DNA of 64,000 nt from the human T2T-CHM13v2.0 reference genome, Homo sapiens: the NCBI RefSeq assembly GCF_009914755.1, contig NC_060947.1. One strand, given 5' to 3'. Positions 14,165 through 30,721 of this stretch are shown in pieces; the first letter of the stretch is position 1; each line of letters opens with the position of its first letter. The position numbers were made by a program, and so were the translations under genes. Under the pieces are notes generated by a model. That model saw only the letters and a list, made by a program, of their open reading frames with translations, searched no databases and was not told where the DNA came from.

Positions 14165-17100
14165 GCACAGGTTTGAGAGTTGTTTAATAGGCTAAGTGAA
14201 GTAGGTGGGTCAAACAGGTACAACACATGTATTTTCTTCTCTTGTGGGCACATTTCAATTGAATATGTTTATTGGCTGCTGTTGTATTAGTGCGTAAACA
14301 ATAACATTTGGAAGCATCTATTTCAAGTCAATTTCCTAGGGCCATTTAAACCACTCTGAAAGAATCTTAGAGGCAATAAATTTCCATGACTCCTTCCTCC
14401 TGGTGTAAACTAGGATGCCAGTTAAAGAAAGGTAGTTTACTAGGACTTGGGTTTTGGTTTAATAATAAAGCTATAACTTGAAACATGGAAATGCAGTGGC
14501 TGTGATTAAATCTGCTCCTGCAAAATGGGAAGCGAATGATAATTAAAAACCACAAATATGCAAAAATACCTAGAAACTATTCATGATTTTTTGTGTTCCT
14601 TCTTTGATCTGCCCCCAACCATGTTCCATGTAACACACATAGGAGGAATTCTGGGGTTTTCCACATGTTTTTGCCCTTTCCTGTGCCATACCCTTTACTT
14701 TAATAGACAAGGAGGGGGTCCCCAAACCAGAGATTTGAGAGCACTTTTGGTGTTTTAATGTTTCTAGACTTTATGAAGCTGGCAAATGGCTTGGAGGAGA
14801 ATATTTGAGCCCACTGAATGTATACAGAGCTCACTGCTATTTGTCTTGTGCAGTAGTGGATGATGCAATAGGGAGACTATAAGCTGGATTCTGGGGCTCC
14901 AGGTCTCTTCCTTCTGCATGGCTAAGAGGAGAACCCTTCTGTGAGCACCGTGTTGCTCTCATCCCACTTGCCCAATTTGCATTGAGATGCTTGTTCCTTG
15001 ATTCAGGGCCCTAATTATCAAGCCTCGATCTTTGCTCATGTGACTGCTGCCTGTCGAGTCTTTGAGAGTAAGTGTTCCCTTGCTCATCTCTGATTGCATG
15101 TGCCCTTCTTCTGTGGGACTCCAGGATTTCCCACCAACAGTCTCTCTTATGGGTTCTTTCTGGGTAGAGGCCCAAGTATGAAGACATGCCCAGTGTTAGC
15201 TTGAGGGTTCCTGTGCAATGCCACTGATGGTTGGCACAGTTATAGGAATGTCAAACATCAGGTAGGTTCAACTCTGAACAATTTCATTAAGCATCTACGT
15301 GGATTCATATACCAAAGTCTGTGCTTTTCATGATCTTAAAGCACAGTAATTTTCATAGCTCGTAAAGTAAAATCTTTTCACTTCTGTCTTCTCAAAATTG
15401 CCAAAAAGGATCATCCATTTCTTTTGGCCAGGCACCATGCCCTGGGACATTATATCTAATCAATAAAGGGTTATTGATTAGAGGGGCCTGAGATGTATGC
15501 TTCTGCCTGCCTTACTGGTGAGAAAGCTGGTGCCCCAAGTGATTAAGCACTTTTTGGAGGTCATACAGCTAGTGGGTGCTGGAATCAGAATGCCATGTCT
15601 GTCTGACTCCAAAGTCCTCCATCCACATATCAAGACAAATTATTCTGGGAAATATTTATTGTAACAGGATACTCATTTGACAGCATCATGAAATGAGATG
15701 GAAAAAAATGGCATTCTGTAGGAATTTTCCATGTAGATAACCAGGAACCCTATGGATCTCTGGCCTCACAGCAAGGAGAGAAGTGGGGGCTTATGAAGAG
15801 GTTTCTGTGGCATTATAGCCCTGCCTCCTCCCCAGTGGAGTTAGGCTTTCTTTTTTCTTGTTTCCTAAATGAAATAAAAACAAATGACATGGCATGCATC
15901 TCTCTTAGCCTCAGTCCAATGTTGAGGCTTCAGCGACACTCCTCAGAGAGGTTGATATTTGATTGTGCATCTCTTGGGGGACCTAGGTGGGTGGCACCTG
16001 ATCCCTGCCTGATCTGCTCTAGAGACTTCTGATCTCGAGGACTAGGGGGAGTTGATTTAGGTTGCACTTCCAGAGTCCCTCAAACAAATATGCATAACCA
16101 GATAACCTTAATGATTTGGACTTTTGCCCCACAAAATCTGCTGGGATGAGGAGGAAACTCCAGCAGAGAGGCGCCACTTGAAAACCAGTTGGAGGAAGAG
16201 ACAACATCGCCCGCATCTCAGGAGTTGCAAATGGGGGTGATCCAGCTGTCCTGGCTTCCAAGAACTTAAGAAAATGCCCTTCAGCTTTGCCTGAAATCTT
16301 CACATGACAGGACCAGTGAGAGAAGAACAAACCTTCTGCTCCTTTTCGCCTTCCTTTCCTGCTACTCTCCAGGTGGAGGGATCAGTAACCACAGCAGGGG
16401 GAATGAGGGAGGATGACAATTGAGAAAGCCAGAAGCTTCCCCGTGTGTGCCCTCTGTTTCAGGACCATGAAAAGCATGCCTTAGCTGGGGGTAGGGTGGG
16501 GAGAAAGGGAAGTCTTACTCTGGAATTAAAGCTGCAGAGATTTAGCCTTTCATTCGACATTTAACTTTGATCTTGAAAGCATTCAGTGACCAGAAACATC
16601 ATGTGATGTGCTGGAATTTTGACCACTAGCTGGTATAAGACATTTCTGCAATGAGTAAGTTTTACAGAGACCCTGGGAGACAAAACATGGCCTTTTGGTA
16701 AAATCCGAGTCGTATTTATTCATGTTAAAATACTTTTCAGGTTTCAGCATGCCCAAATCCTTAGTTATTATTAAGACTAGAAAATGGGCTAACACTGCTA
16801 CTTTATATATTATTTGAGTGCCTACTGAGAGCCAGAGGCACACAAAATAATTAGAAATAAGCAATTTTTTATTTATAGAAGCAAAGACTCAGATTAGGCT
16901 TTTTTTTTTCTTTCTCCCTTTCCTTTTTCCCTAAATGCTGTAAAAACAAACAACACGAGGAAACTAATAAAAGAGAAACACTGGAGGTTATTTTTCCTGG
17001 GGTGTGATTTTCCCCCAAGGTGTGTGGTCAGAAGACTGCCTGCTGTTTCATCAGCGTTGATGGGACACCTCCCTGCTGAGTGGTAGCCCTGCTCATTGCC

Positions 17101-18737
17101 CAACCCTGTGGTATTGACACAGAGAATGAATTCCTTGGGGCTCTTGGCACTGTGTTGTATGTGTAACTCACGTAACAAACAGGCTGGCAAGGCTTAGGCA
17201 CATCAGGCTCTCCACAGATCATTAAAAACAAAACCCTTGCTCTTCTCATCCTAAAACCACGTCCTATGTTGTTCATCGAAAAAATAATCATCACTGTTTG
17301 TCTGTCCCACCCCACCATTATATAGCCTCCCTCTTCTTCCTCAACACATGCTCCCTTTCCTTGCTGCGCACCATGCAATGCAAAATTCAGTGCCTACAGG
17401 AAGTGCTCTCAGTGAACTCCTGATTGTTTTCCAGGTTAGGGAGTCAATAGGTGAATAAGAATTGCAGTTAAGTATTCAGGGCTGGCACCCAAAGCTCCTC
17501 CAAAGTGATGAGTTGGTGAAGGAAGTCCAGCTTCCCTCTGAGTGATGTTAAAAATGTGTGGGGCACTGGGGGAGAGGAAGGCCAGGTGGAGAAATACATG
17601 CAGTTAAATAACTTTTTTATGATAGATTCGCTGATTACTCAGTGATGACTTTATTGCCAATGATGCTCCAATATAACTGCCCAGGCTGTCAAATGATTAT
17701 TCACACACGATGAGCGTTCGGCTGGGATACTTGTCCAATGTGATGGTATGAAAAGCTGTTTGAGATCCTTGAAGGAGACGTACAAAGTGTCTTGAGTCTT
17801 CCAGTAAAGAGCCCTCTCTGAAAGCCTTGTAAGAACTGGTGAGTTACATTTTTAATATGATTATTATTTTTTCTTCTCTGCTGCTAAGATGTTGGGATAC
17901 GTGATGACAGAAAATTGCTTACGGGGAATATTTACTTTAGTTGCACTGCTTCAAAGGAAGTCTAAAGGTTTCTATTTATTTCCCTTCCTGGAATAGCCCA
18001 AGAGCAGCATGTTAAGAGTTAATTGAATAAGTAGAAGAGCCAAGTCTTTGCTCTGGGAGGCGGAGTTTTAAATTCTCTTCTGTGGGACTGATCAAAGTTT
18101 ATACATTTTTTATCTGTAGTGTTACATTAAAGAAAATATCTGTAAAACCACCTACAACAATTTATCTAATATGTTTTCATTTGCTCATTTGCCCTGAAAC
18201 AAGGCTGTCTATAAGGAGAAGAAAGTAATTGCCAAATAGTTTGTCTTTGTGGATTAGAGTGGTAGTTTGAAAACACAAGCTTGGTATAAAGAATACTGGA
18301 GTTTAGAGGAAAGAATCCTAAAAGGAAATGAGCAAAGGAAGTGGTGGATTTTGTGCTATAGTTTACACAAAAGAGAAATTAAATCAATTAACCTCATATA
18401 TGAAAATACTGCACCCACTGCTTCTGAGTTAGATACGATGTCTATGCGGGAGATGTCTTTGCCATCCAATGCATTCCCTGAAAGATTGGCATGATTTTAA
18501 GCTTTCAACTTACTGCTTTTCTAAAGGATGAATTTGAGAAGGAATTAACAGTTGTTTCACTCTTTTTCATTTTAAATATACAGATTCAATATCTGTAATG
18601 TTAATATGTATGTATCCTAAAGAGTGGAAATACGTATCCTAAAGAGTGGAAAAAGAACATACATGCCTACTTCTAGAGGGGCATACACGTAGATCTCTCA
18701 GTTTATCCTCAGGACCATGCATGAAGTCAAATGTTTC

Positions 18738-19051
18738 TTTTTGTTTTTTCTTTTTTTTGAGATGGAGTCTCGACCTGTCTCCCAGGCTAGAGTGCAGTGG
18801 TGCGATCTCAGCTTACCACAACCTCCACCTCCTGGGTTCCAGCAATTCTTCTGCCTCAGCCTCCCGAGTAGCTAGGATTACAGGCATGTGCCACTATGCC
18901 TGGCTAATTTTTTTTTTTTTTTTGTATTTTTAGTAGAGATGGGGTTTTGCCATGTTGGCCAGGCTGGTCTCGAACTCCTGACCTCAAGTGGTCTGCCTGC
19001 CTAGGCCTCCCAAAGTGTTGGGATTACATGCATGAGCCACTGCATCCGGCT
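18738..19051 (-). mobile_element. AluS
   Basis: Dimer; TSD gaagtcaaatgtttctt / gaagccaaatgtttctt. Confidence 0.93.
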
Positions 19052-20356
19052 GAAGCCAAATGTTTCTTAACAGGCTATGTTGGTTTTAAGATGTGGTGTT
19101 TATTACTGCACTTTTTACAGTATACTTGTGTATGTAAGATCATCTCTATAAAAGAACTAGGTTAACTGAAGAATGGGTATGTAGTTCAGAGATCAGTTAG
19201 TGTTTTCTGAAAATTTATATTAATTGCAGAAAATGAACATCCAAAAACAATTTAACTTTTGCAATGCATGCTGTACATAATCTAGTAATTATGAACCAAC
19301 CAAATGGATGATTTTTTCCCCAAAGAGAGATGCTAAGAAATTCCTTTGATCTCTTTCAAGTAAACTCTCTGTTATCTTATGAGCAATTATAATGAATTAA
19401 GATGTCCAGTTCATGCTTACTTTACTTCTTATCAGAGTATCAACATATTTCATGTACACATCAGTTTTGTCTTCTGTGCCAACCCGAGCAGATTGAGTTG
19501 GAGGAATGTTAGAAATAATTTTCACTGAAAATAATATCACTAAAAGTGTTAAAATTATTTTACAGAAAGTTTGCTCCATTTCGTGTCATTTACTGTAGGT
19601 ACTCTTTGTCTCAAGGAACACATGACAATGCTTTACTGAGTACCCTGTGAGTTGGTATCTATAGTGACATTACTATTTGCCAACTGAGAAATTGCCCCAT
19701 ATTCATTTATAATGAGATTATCACATCACAGCTGATATCAGGAGACAGAAATCTAAAAGCTTTCAGTGCATGAAAAAAAGATAATAATGACTCCTCTTTG
19801 CATTAAAAACCTAAATAGTAGATGTTGAGCATCCCTTAAAAGCTTGAATAAAATAAGCATTAAGAGTTTATGGCCAAAAGTCCTAAGCCATGCTTTCTAG
19901 ACCAGGTTCTGTCACCATTGTTTTGTTTCCATCTTGTCTTCTCCTTAAAATTCGAGCCTTGGTTGGAAATTAACCCCTGTCAAACTTGGCCACTGAGTCA
20001 ACAAGCACTTCCCCAGTGCCCCAGGGACACAGGTAACAGAGGATGTGGCAATGATGAAGCAGAAGTCCAGTCTCACCTCAGGTGTTTTCTGTGAAGGAAA
20101 ACAAGCAGTATAAATACTGCAAGTACCAATGTCAATAATAATTAAATGCTTATTATGAGAAGGAAGTGCAGGGCAGAGACTTGGCACAGGGCTAATTAGG
20201 AGAAGCACCTTCAACTGTGAGGTCTGGGAGAAAGCCCAGGGGGATGGAACAGAGATGGCTTAGGGTCCCGGGTTCCTCTTGGCGGTTCCAAGACTGGGAG
20301 ATTTTTAGTTTAGAGATAGAGACTGGGACGTTCTCTTTCACAATGAATTTGTCTAT

Positions 20357-20518
20357 CCAGCGATTCCCCACGGAGGCACTGTTGGTACGTGGGGCTGGGT
20401 GATTCCTTGCTGTAGGGGCTATCCAGTGCGTGGTAGGATGCAGCAACCCACAATATCTCCAGATGTTGCCAAATGTCTCCTGGTAGGTAAAATCATCCTC
20501 CCGGATGACAATCTCTGG
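20357..20518 (-). mobile_element. MER20, internally deleted
   Basis: ggcactgttg...gggctgggtgattc...atctccagatgttgccaaatgtctcctgg...aaaatca. Confidence 0.7.
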
Positions 20519-20548
20519 CCTGAAATAAGCATTTAAAATGTGTAAGAC

Positions 20549-21110
<562 letters not shown>

Positions 21111-21615
21111 TTGGAAACAGATAAGAACCGGCATCTGGGATCACAGAAGAGGTGTGGAGATCACTGTTTTGAGTCTGTTCTCAGCTCTTTTTCCAGCTGG
21201 CCAGGCAGCTCTGTGTTTTTGCTAGAGCTTGTCACAGCTGGTTTGACCTGGGTCATTGGGCAAGCATTCCCTGGGTCTCAACTTGTCACCTCTTCTGCCT
21301 ATGAGGAAACTCTGGAGCTATCCACATCCAAGTGACTTGGCCAAGGTTCTGTTCAGCATAGGTGGCTTTTCCAGTACCTGACTTCTCAGCCCACAGGACT
21401 TTACCACTTCTTTTCAAATCTTGCCTTCAGAAATGTAGGTTTGCAATCCTTTGTCCATAACCAAAAATAGAAAAGAAAAACATTGAAAACCCAGAGTTTT
21501 TCTAACATACTTGGCAGTGACACCAGCTCGAACCAACTAACATAAAACTAACATAAAGTGAAAAGTCTTCATTCATCCCACAGATTGTGGGTATTCATTT
21601 TGTTTCACTGCAGAA

Positions 21616-21908
<293 letters not shown>

Positions 21909-22511
21909 TCACTGCAAAACTGTTAACATGGGTGACCACAGGCTGCTGTCCAAGACTTCGCTTGAGCTATTATATATGACATGAGATATTCACCATTACC
22001 TTATAAAACCCAAAACATTCTGCATTCTGACACACACCTTTTCTCAAAAGTTTCCATCTCAAGACTATGGGCCTGAGAATGTAATTGCAAGTGGAAAAGG
22101 GTTCATTCTTAACTTCTTGTGACCTTGACCACCCGATGGTGCTGTTGTTTTTTGGTTTATGGTATCATCATGTGCTTCTGTGTGTCCTCGGATGCAGCTT
22201 CCATTATGTAAAACCTCCTTCCTTTTCTGTACTCTTTAAGCTTTAGAATAACCTGAGAACACTCAGGAACTGAAATTGAGCCAGAAAAGCTGGGCAGAAT
22301 AGCTGTGTCATTTGGTTCTGGGCCCACTTGTAAGTAGCTCCCAGCCCCCACTTCCCAGCCAATTACCTAAGATGCAAAGAACCATTTACACGAATCTGGG
22401 GGACAGAGTGACCAGACCTGGGGACTCTATGGCTTGCGGCTATTAAACCAAAAGACACTTCTTCATTGTTGAAAGGCTAAATTCCATTAAAAAAAAAAGA
22501 AAACAAAAGTA

Positions 22512-23481
<970 letters not shown>

Positions 23482-23482
23482 T

Positions 23483-23688
23483 CAGGATTCTCTGCCTTGA
23501 TACTATTGACATTTGAGGCCAGATCATTCTCTGTTGTCAGGAACTGTTCTGTCCACACTTAGTAGCATCTCTGGCCTCTGCTCACTGGATGACAATAGCA
23601 CTGTCCATAAGTTGTAACAACCAAAAATATCTTCAGACATTGCCAATGTCCCCCGGGGGTCAAATTGGGCCCTGGCAAGAACCACTGG
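23483..23688 (-). mobile_element. MER20
   Basis: actattgacattt...agttgtaacaaccaaaaat...cagacattgccaatgtcccc...agaaccactg. Confidence 0.85.
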
Positions 23689-23787
23689 TCTAGGCTAGTG
23701 CCGTAGTCTACAGAGTCACATTACTTTAACTTTGTGTGGTGCCTCATATTTTACAGAAAGCATTTTCTCTTTCTCTCTGTCGCTGTC

Positions 23788-24117
<330 letters not shown>

Positions 24118-24993
24118 TAATACTTTTCTCTTTCAACCCTGTGAGGTATTTTTGAGTCCCATTTTTGTCGGTGGGAAAACTAACCCCAGCAATCTATACA
24201 GTGTGTCACAGAGTTTTGTTTGTACCCTGCCATGTTGCCAGATATCACATGGATGACTGAAGTATGGGGATATGCAAAGCCATTTGTCTTAATTGGCAGA
24301 CAGGATCATATAAAATAATTTACATGATACTAAGTAGACACCACAGTTAGCAATATGAAATGGATTCCAGGAACTTCCAATTGCAAATTAGCTCATGTAA
24401 CTGATGAATTACTTAATCTAGGAGGTTATAGCTGCAGGTGCCTAGAGCTTGCAGGTTGCATGACTCAGAAGATTTTTAGTTGGACATGATGGAGACCCAG
24501 TGCAACCTTGCTCCAACCTAGAAAGAGATTTTTCAGTTGCATATGTGGGAAGTTCATAGAATCAAAGAGAAAACCACTAACCAGGAACGGTTGTCTTCAA
24601 GACCAGCTGAAAATTCTTTGTAAGCCTGTTTGACATGACCCATAGCTACTACCTATGGCTCCAGATAGAAGCCATCACTGTATTTGAAAACACTTGGTTT
24701 TACATTCTGGTTAAGTTGTATAGTGTTGGTACTATTTTATGTATATTTGGGATTAGATACTGTAGTCATTATTTATCACTGCAGAGCAAATTACCACAAA
24801 CTTAAAGACTTAAAACAAATACCCATTGAGGATCTTACAATGACTGTGGGCCAGGAGTCTAGGCATAGCTTAGCAGGGTTCTCTGCTCAGAGTCTCACGA
24901 GATTGCCATCAAGGTGCTGTCCAGGTGTTGGCTGTGTTCTCACCCAGAGCGTGGGGTCCTCTTTCAAGCTCAATATCAAGTTGTTGATAAAAA

Positions 24994-25331
<338 letters not shown>

Positions 25332-25486
25332 TAGGATGGAAGCTCTCAGCTTCTAAAGACTACTCTTCATGAGAGGCATCTTACAACAGAGCTGTCTATT
25401 TTACCAAGGCCAGCAGGAGAAGGCCTCTTGTGCTTGGATTCTGCTTTCAAGGCCTTGCCCTATTAGGGCAGGCTCACCTAGGATCA

Positions 25487-25778
25487 TTTTTTTGTTTGGT
25501 TTTTGTTCTGAGACAAGGTCTTACTCTGTTGCTTGGATCATGGCTCACTGCAACCCCAACCTCCTGCATTCAAGCCATCCTCCTGGCTCAGCCTCCCAAG
25601 TAGCTGGGACTACAAGTACTCACCACCATGCCTGGCTAATTTTTTTTTTTTAAGTTTTTGTAGATACAGGGTCTTGCTATGTTGTCCAGACTGGTCTCAA
25701 ACTCCTGGCCTGAAGTGATCCTCTCATCTCAGCCTCCCAAAATGCTGGGATTACAGGCATGAGCCACCATGCCTGGTC
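25487..25778 (-). mobile_element. AluJ
   Basis: Diverged antisense dimer. Confidence 0.88.
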
Positions 25779-26754
25779 CTCATCTGCCTTTTGATTAGCA
25801 CAAAGTCAGCTGATTAGGCACCTTAATGACACATACAAACATCCCTTTACTTTTGCCATACTTTATTGATTAGAAGCAAGTCATCATTTCCACCCTCACT
25901 CAAGAGAAGGTGTATTGTTGTATTGTACTCACAACAATACAAAGTTGTGAGTACCAGGGGCTGGAAACCCAGAAGGCGATCTTAGAACTCTGCTTCCCAC
26001 GAGTGCCTTTGTGTGAGTGCACCTGGGAACTGAATTATAATGTAGGGAAAAATGTGTTCTGAGAACCAGATAACCTAATGGCAAACAGATGTCTGGGGGA
26101 AACGGATATGTAAGATTGGCTTTGGTTGCCAGTCCTGACTCTAGTTAGCCAATTTCAATGTCATTGATTTATATTTGATGATAATAAAATCATGAAAAAT
26201 CCCCTACATAATTGAATATTTTATTCTTGTCATGACAAAGTCTCCTGCAATGCATCACAGTAATTTTTTCCAGTTGCTCAGGAATGTGTCTAGGGGCTGT
26301 GGCTCCTCTGAAAACAGGATCAGAGGGCATCCCTCATAATGTGTGGGCAGGTTTCTGGGAATGGCTCATGCCTCCCTGCACACAGGGAATCCCATCAAAA
26401 TTCTTCCTCTGCTGCCCTGGGTGGTGGATGAGCTGTGCCCCTCCTTTCCCTGCACCCAGGCCTTGCAGTGGGATATCATCTCTCAGTGATTGGGAATTCT
26501 TCCTCGAGCACCTTCAAGTTGCCTTCCTCTCTGTCCTTACCCAGGATGTTCCTTAGAAGAACAGCACAGATGCCTGGGTCTGGTGCCAGGCTGGCTTGGT
26601 TGAATTGCTCACCAACTGGGCAGTGAGGGTCCTCCTTCCACTCACAGTAGGGTTTATTTGTCCAAATTTCATTTTGGGGATGTCATATCATGCTAGTGAT
26701 ATCAGAAGGCTTTATGGTATTAACAAAATAGCTTCAGCTTTGATCATCTCTTTT

Positions 26755-27400
26755 CTGAATTGTTTTTATTGAGATGAAATTCTTATAAAATTAACCATTG
26801 TAAAATATACAATTCTGACATATTGAGTACATTGACCACATTAAACCACCATCTGTCTGGTTCTACAACATTTTCATCACCACCGAAAACAACCCTATAC
26901 CCTTTAACAGCGATTCCACATTCCTCCCATACCCCCACCCCTGGGAAACCATCAGTCTGCTTTCTGTCTCTATGAATTTGCCTATTTTAGACATTTCATA
27001 CAAGTAGAATTATACACCCTGTGGCCAGATGAAAACAGGGTCTCTGGGGGCTCAGTGCTCTCCAAGAGGAGGGATCTCTGACCTTTCTTTTCCCATCTGC
27101 CCTTTCTCTTCTCTCTTCTTTTACTGAGCATGGTGTTTAAGGTCCATCCATGTTGTAGCATGTATCAGAATTTCATTCCTTTTCATTGCTGAATAATATT
27201 CTATTGTGTGGATATACCACATTCGGCTTATCCCTTTGTCTTTCACCTTTTCGCTATTGTGAATAATACTGCTGTGAACATTGATGTACAAATACCTGAG
27301 TTCCTATTTTCAGTAATTTTGGGTGTATACCTCACAGTAGGATTTCTGGGTCATATGGTAATTCAACTTTTTAAGGAACCACCATACTGTTATCCACAGC
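26755..27400 (-). mobile_element. Old L1 (L1M) 3' fragment
   Basis: ttttattgagat...ctttctgtctctatgaatttgcctatt...ccatgttgtagcatgtatcag...gctattgtgaataat. Confidence 0.8.
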
Positions 27401-27710
27401 AAGTTTTACTATCTCTTAGTTTTAAAGTCCTCACATTACAGACAATTCTCACCTTTGATTGAACATCCAGCAATTATAGTATCTCCTGCCAGAACTTGTG
27501 TTGAGGAGAAAATAGGTTTGGCTTAGGAAGGTGCACTTGGCAAAGCCTCCCTTTACTTATCAGCATTTCTGAGACTCGTTTGTTTGCCCTGCAGCCTGTT
27601 GGAAAAGGCAGTGTCAAAAGCAGCTCTGATTAAGTCTAGAAAAACTCATTATAACACATGGGTGGCATGTTTGTTGGTGGGGGGGGCTGGGGGGTGGGTG
27701 CGGTTCCCAG

Positions 27711-30180
27711 AAACGGCACCACAGAGGGTGAGCTGACTTAGTGCTCAAGCATATAAGAGGCAGGCCTTGTAAACAGTGAAGAGAATGGGAATTTACAGAA
27801 CATATAGGTTTTATTTCTCTATTCCCGAGCAATTTAGTTCTGGGTGCTTTGAGGATACTGATTAAATGGTCATATAAAGCAATCACAGATTATAGGGTCT
27901 TGTTGTAGAATAATACAATCTGATGATTGTCACCACCCCAGAAGACAATAGGGCAATAATCACATACTGCAGGTTCCAAGAAATATGATGAGACCTAGAA
28001 AAACGTGACTTCTTAAAAATATATACAGGCAGGAGGTAGGAATAGTGATTTACAGCAGTGGGAATGGAGGATCTCACTAGGGTGAAGTGTTCCAGAACTG
28101 ATGTTGGGGGAGGGGTACGGGGGGTGTCGAACAATATGGTAATTTAATCAAAACATTCAATTGTACAACTGGGTGAATTCAATGCAATGTAAAATGGATC
28201 TCAAAAAAGTAAACATGTTTTTCATCAAAATTATTATTTTGAGACAGGGTTTCACTCTGTCACCCAGACTGAATTGCAGTGGTGTGATCTCAGCTCACTG
28301 CAGCCTTAAAGTCCTGGGCTCAAGCAGTCCTCCCACCTTAGCCTCCCAAGTAGTTGAGATTTCAGATGTGCCCCACCATGCCCATTTAATTTACATTAAA
28401 TTAAATTTTAAATTTATATTTTAAAAAATTTAAAAATTTTTTTAATTTTTTGTAGAAATGGGGTCTCACTATGTTGCTCATGCTGGTCTCAACTCCTGGG
28501 CTCAAATGTTCCTCCTGCCTCAGCCTCCCAAAGCACTGGGATTATACGTGTGAGCCACTGTACCAGGCATAAATTATTTTTAAAAATAAAATGTCCTAGA
28601 GTCGCTGGGAATGTATGGAATTTCTTTAACTATTTAACAAAGGCCTCCAAGAGTCACTGTATTGATAACTCCAATGGATCTAATCAAACACGTAATTAGA
28701 TGCCACATATATTCCACAAACACCATTGTACTAGGGGATGCTTCATTTCCTATTAATGGCTGGGCAGTCTCTGCCCATCCCCTGGTACAATGGGCCAGTC
28801 ATGGGATATGCAGGGTCATATGATTGCAAGGTCATGAAATGACTCAGAGGCCTCTGCAAAACCAGGTCCAGAGGAACCCTCCAAATCCATCCTGGAGTGG
28901 CTGCAGTTTGTCGCCACCTGTTGGTAGCTCTCTGCTCAAAGCATAAAAATCTATAGGGGCAGTTCGGCCTCCTGGGGCTGGCTGGCTTCCAGAATCCTGG
29001 CAGTAATTCCAAGACTCTCTGAGTTGGTGAGCTGAATCTGCTCCTCAGCCTCAACCTGGAGGTAGGGCCAGAAGAAAATAGGATCTATGAGGACTCAGCG
29101 TTTTCCAGGAGGGGTCTCTGACTTTTCCATTGCCACCTGCCCTCTCTCAGCTCTCTACCCCCAGCTTCTCCCCAAAAATGTCAACCCCAGTCTTAGCCTG
29201 CCCTGGTCTTGGGACAGAAATGGGCAGAGGATGGAACCAATGGCCAATCAGCTTCTGCATATTCAAATTCCAATTATTTGAGGAGCTGTTATCCTTGGGT
29301 TTACTGGACTAACTTATATCCAGTGGAAAGAGCCTCTCTTGCAATCCCACGTCCTCACCATCAACAAACACAATTGCACCCAGCCGATAAATGATGAGAT
29401 TTGGGATTTTATTAGCCATAATAGCATAGAAGTGGCTTGAGTGACTAATTGCGAATTATTTTCCAGCAAAAAGTACTCCTGACGACTGCCCAGACATTAA
29501 TAGGAAATGAAGCATCACCCGGTACAATAGTGTCTGTGGAATATATGTGGCACTTGTATATTCGATTAGATCCATTGGAGGGATCAGTATAGTGACTCTT
29601 AGAGGCCTTCTTGAAATAATTAAAGAAATTCCATACATTCCCAGCTACTCTAGAACCATTTCTTTTCTTTAAATAATATTGATGAAAATCATGTTTACAA
29701 GTTTTTTGAGGTTTATTTTACATTGCATTTAATTCACCGAGTTGTACAATTCAATGGTTTTTATTAAATTACCAAGTTGCGCGATCATCACCATAAATGA
29801 GTTTGGGAATATTCTCATCACCCAAGTGAGATTCTTCAAGCCCACTGCTGTGAGTCCCTATCCCCACATCCCACCTGAATACATTTTTAGGAAGTCACAT
29901 TTTTCTGGGCCTCATCATATTTGTTTGAACACAGGTCATGTGAATTTTGGCCTCTGGAGTGTTGATGATCATCAGATTGTATCACTCTGCAGTATGACCC
30001 TATAATCAGTAATTGTATTATAGGACTGTAGAAGCAGCATCCTTAAGGGACCCAGAATGAAATTGCTCAGGCATGGGGAAATAACATCCATGTGTTCTGG
30101 AAGCCCCCACGCCCCTCACTGTTCGTGATGCCTGCCTGTTTTCCGCTTGAGCACTGTCAGCTTGCCCCTCTTCTGCCATT
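27711..30180. repeat. Diverged inverted duplication: arms ~27711-28769 and ~29484-30180, spacer ~714 bp
   Basis: Exact reverse-complement words: 28604-28629/29620-29645 (26 nt), 28737-28758/29495-29516 (22 nt), 27913-27927/29968-29982 (15 nt); collinear similarity along both arms. Confidence 0.92.
28232..28569 (-). mobile_element. AluJ inserted in the left arm of the inverted duplication
   Basis: Antisense dimer flanked by aaattatt(a)ttt; absent from the right arm. Confidence 0.88.
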
Positions 30181-30721
30181 TAGCCTGGCTTCTCTTCCCA
30201 CTTCTAATTACAGTCATTTTCTACAAATCGCCTATGGAATTCATTCCTGTACTTAGCCCCTTAAGACTGATTTCTCTTATAGGCAAGTCAACACCTGTCG
30301 TTGCTTGTGTATCTCAGGCTGCTGTCATTTGGAGATGTGCATAATTATTTCGAAGACACAGCTAATAGAAAAGAGTAAGGGAAACATACTGAATGTTGGC
30401 ACATTACACAGTTGTACCAAAAAAAGAGCAAATCACAAAGCTTTAACTTAGACATGGAAGCATGTGGGGTATGCTTGAGTAAGTATTTTTAAAAGAGAGA
30501 AGAAATCCAAAGCAGTATAATTTGGGAATATGCAATAAACCACCAGGCCTGGTCCAGACGGTGAATAATGAGTTCTTACCTACAAATAACAAAATTGGTA
30601 AGAGGCTTGATCTGTTGGTGATGTGGGACTTGACAAGTGGGATACCTGTTGGAAGTCTTGCCCAGCTAAAAACTTAATATCTGATCAGCTCTTTTCTTTT
30701 TTCTCAGTCAGTGTTATTCAC

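Noticed and set aside
16160-16176. CCAGCAGAGAGGCGCC as a CTCF site
   Set aside because: One extra base breaks the core spacing.
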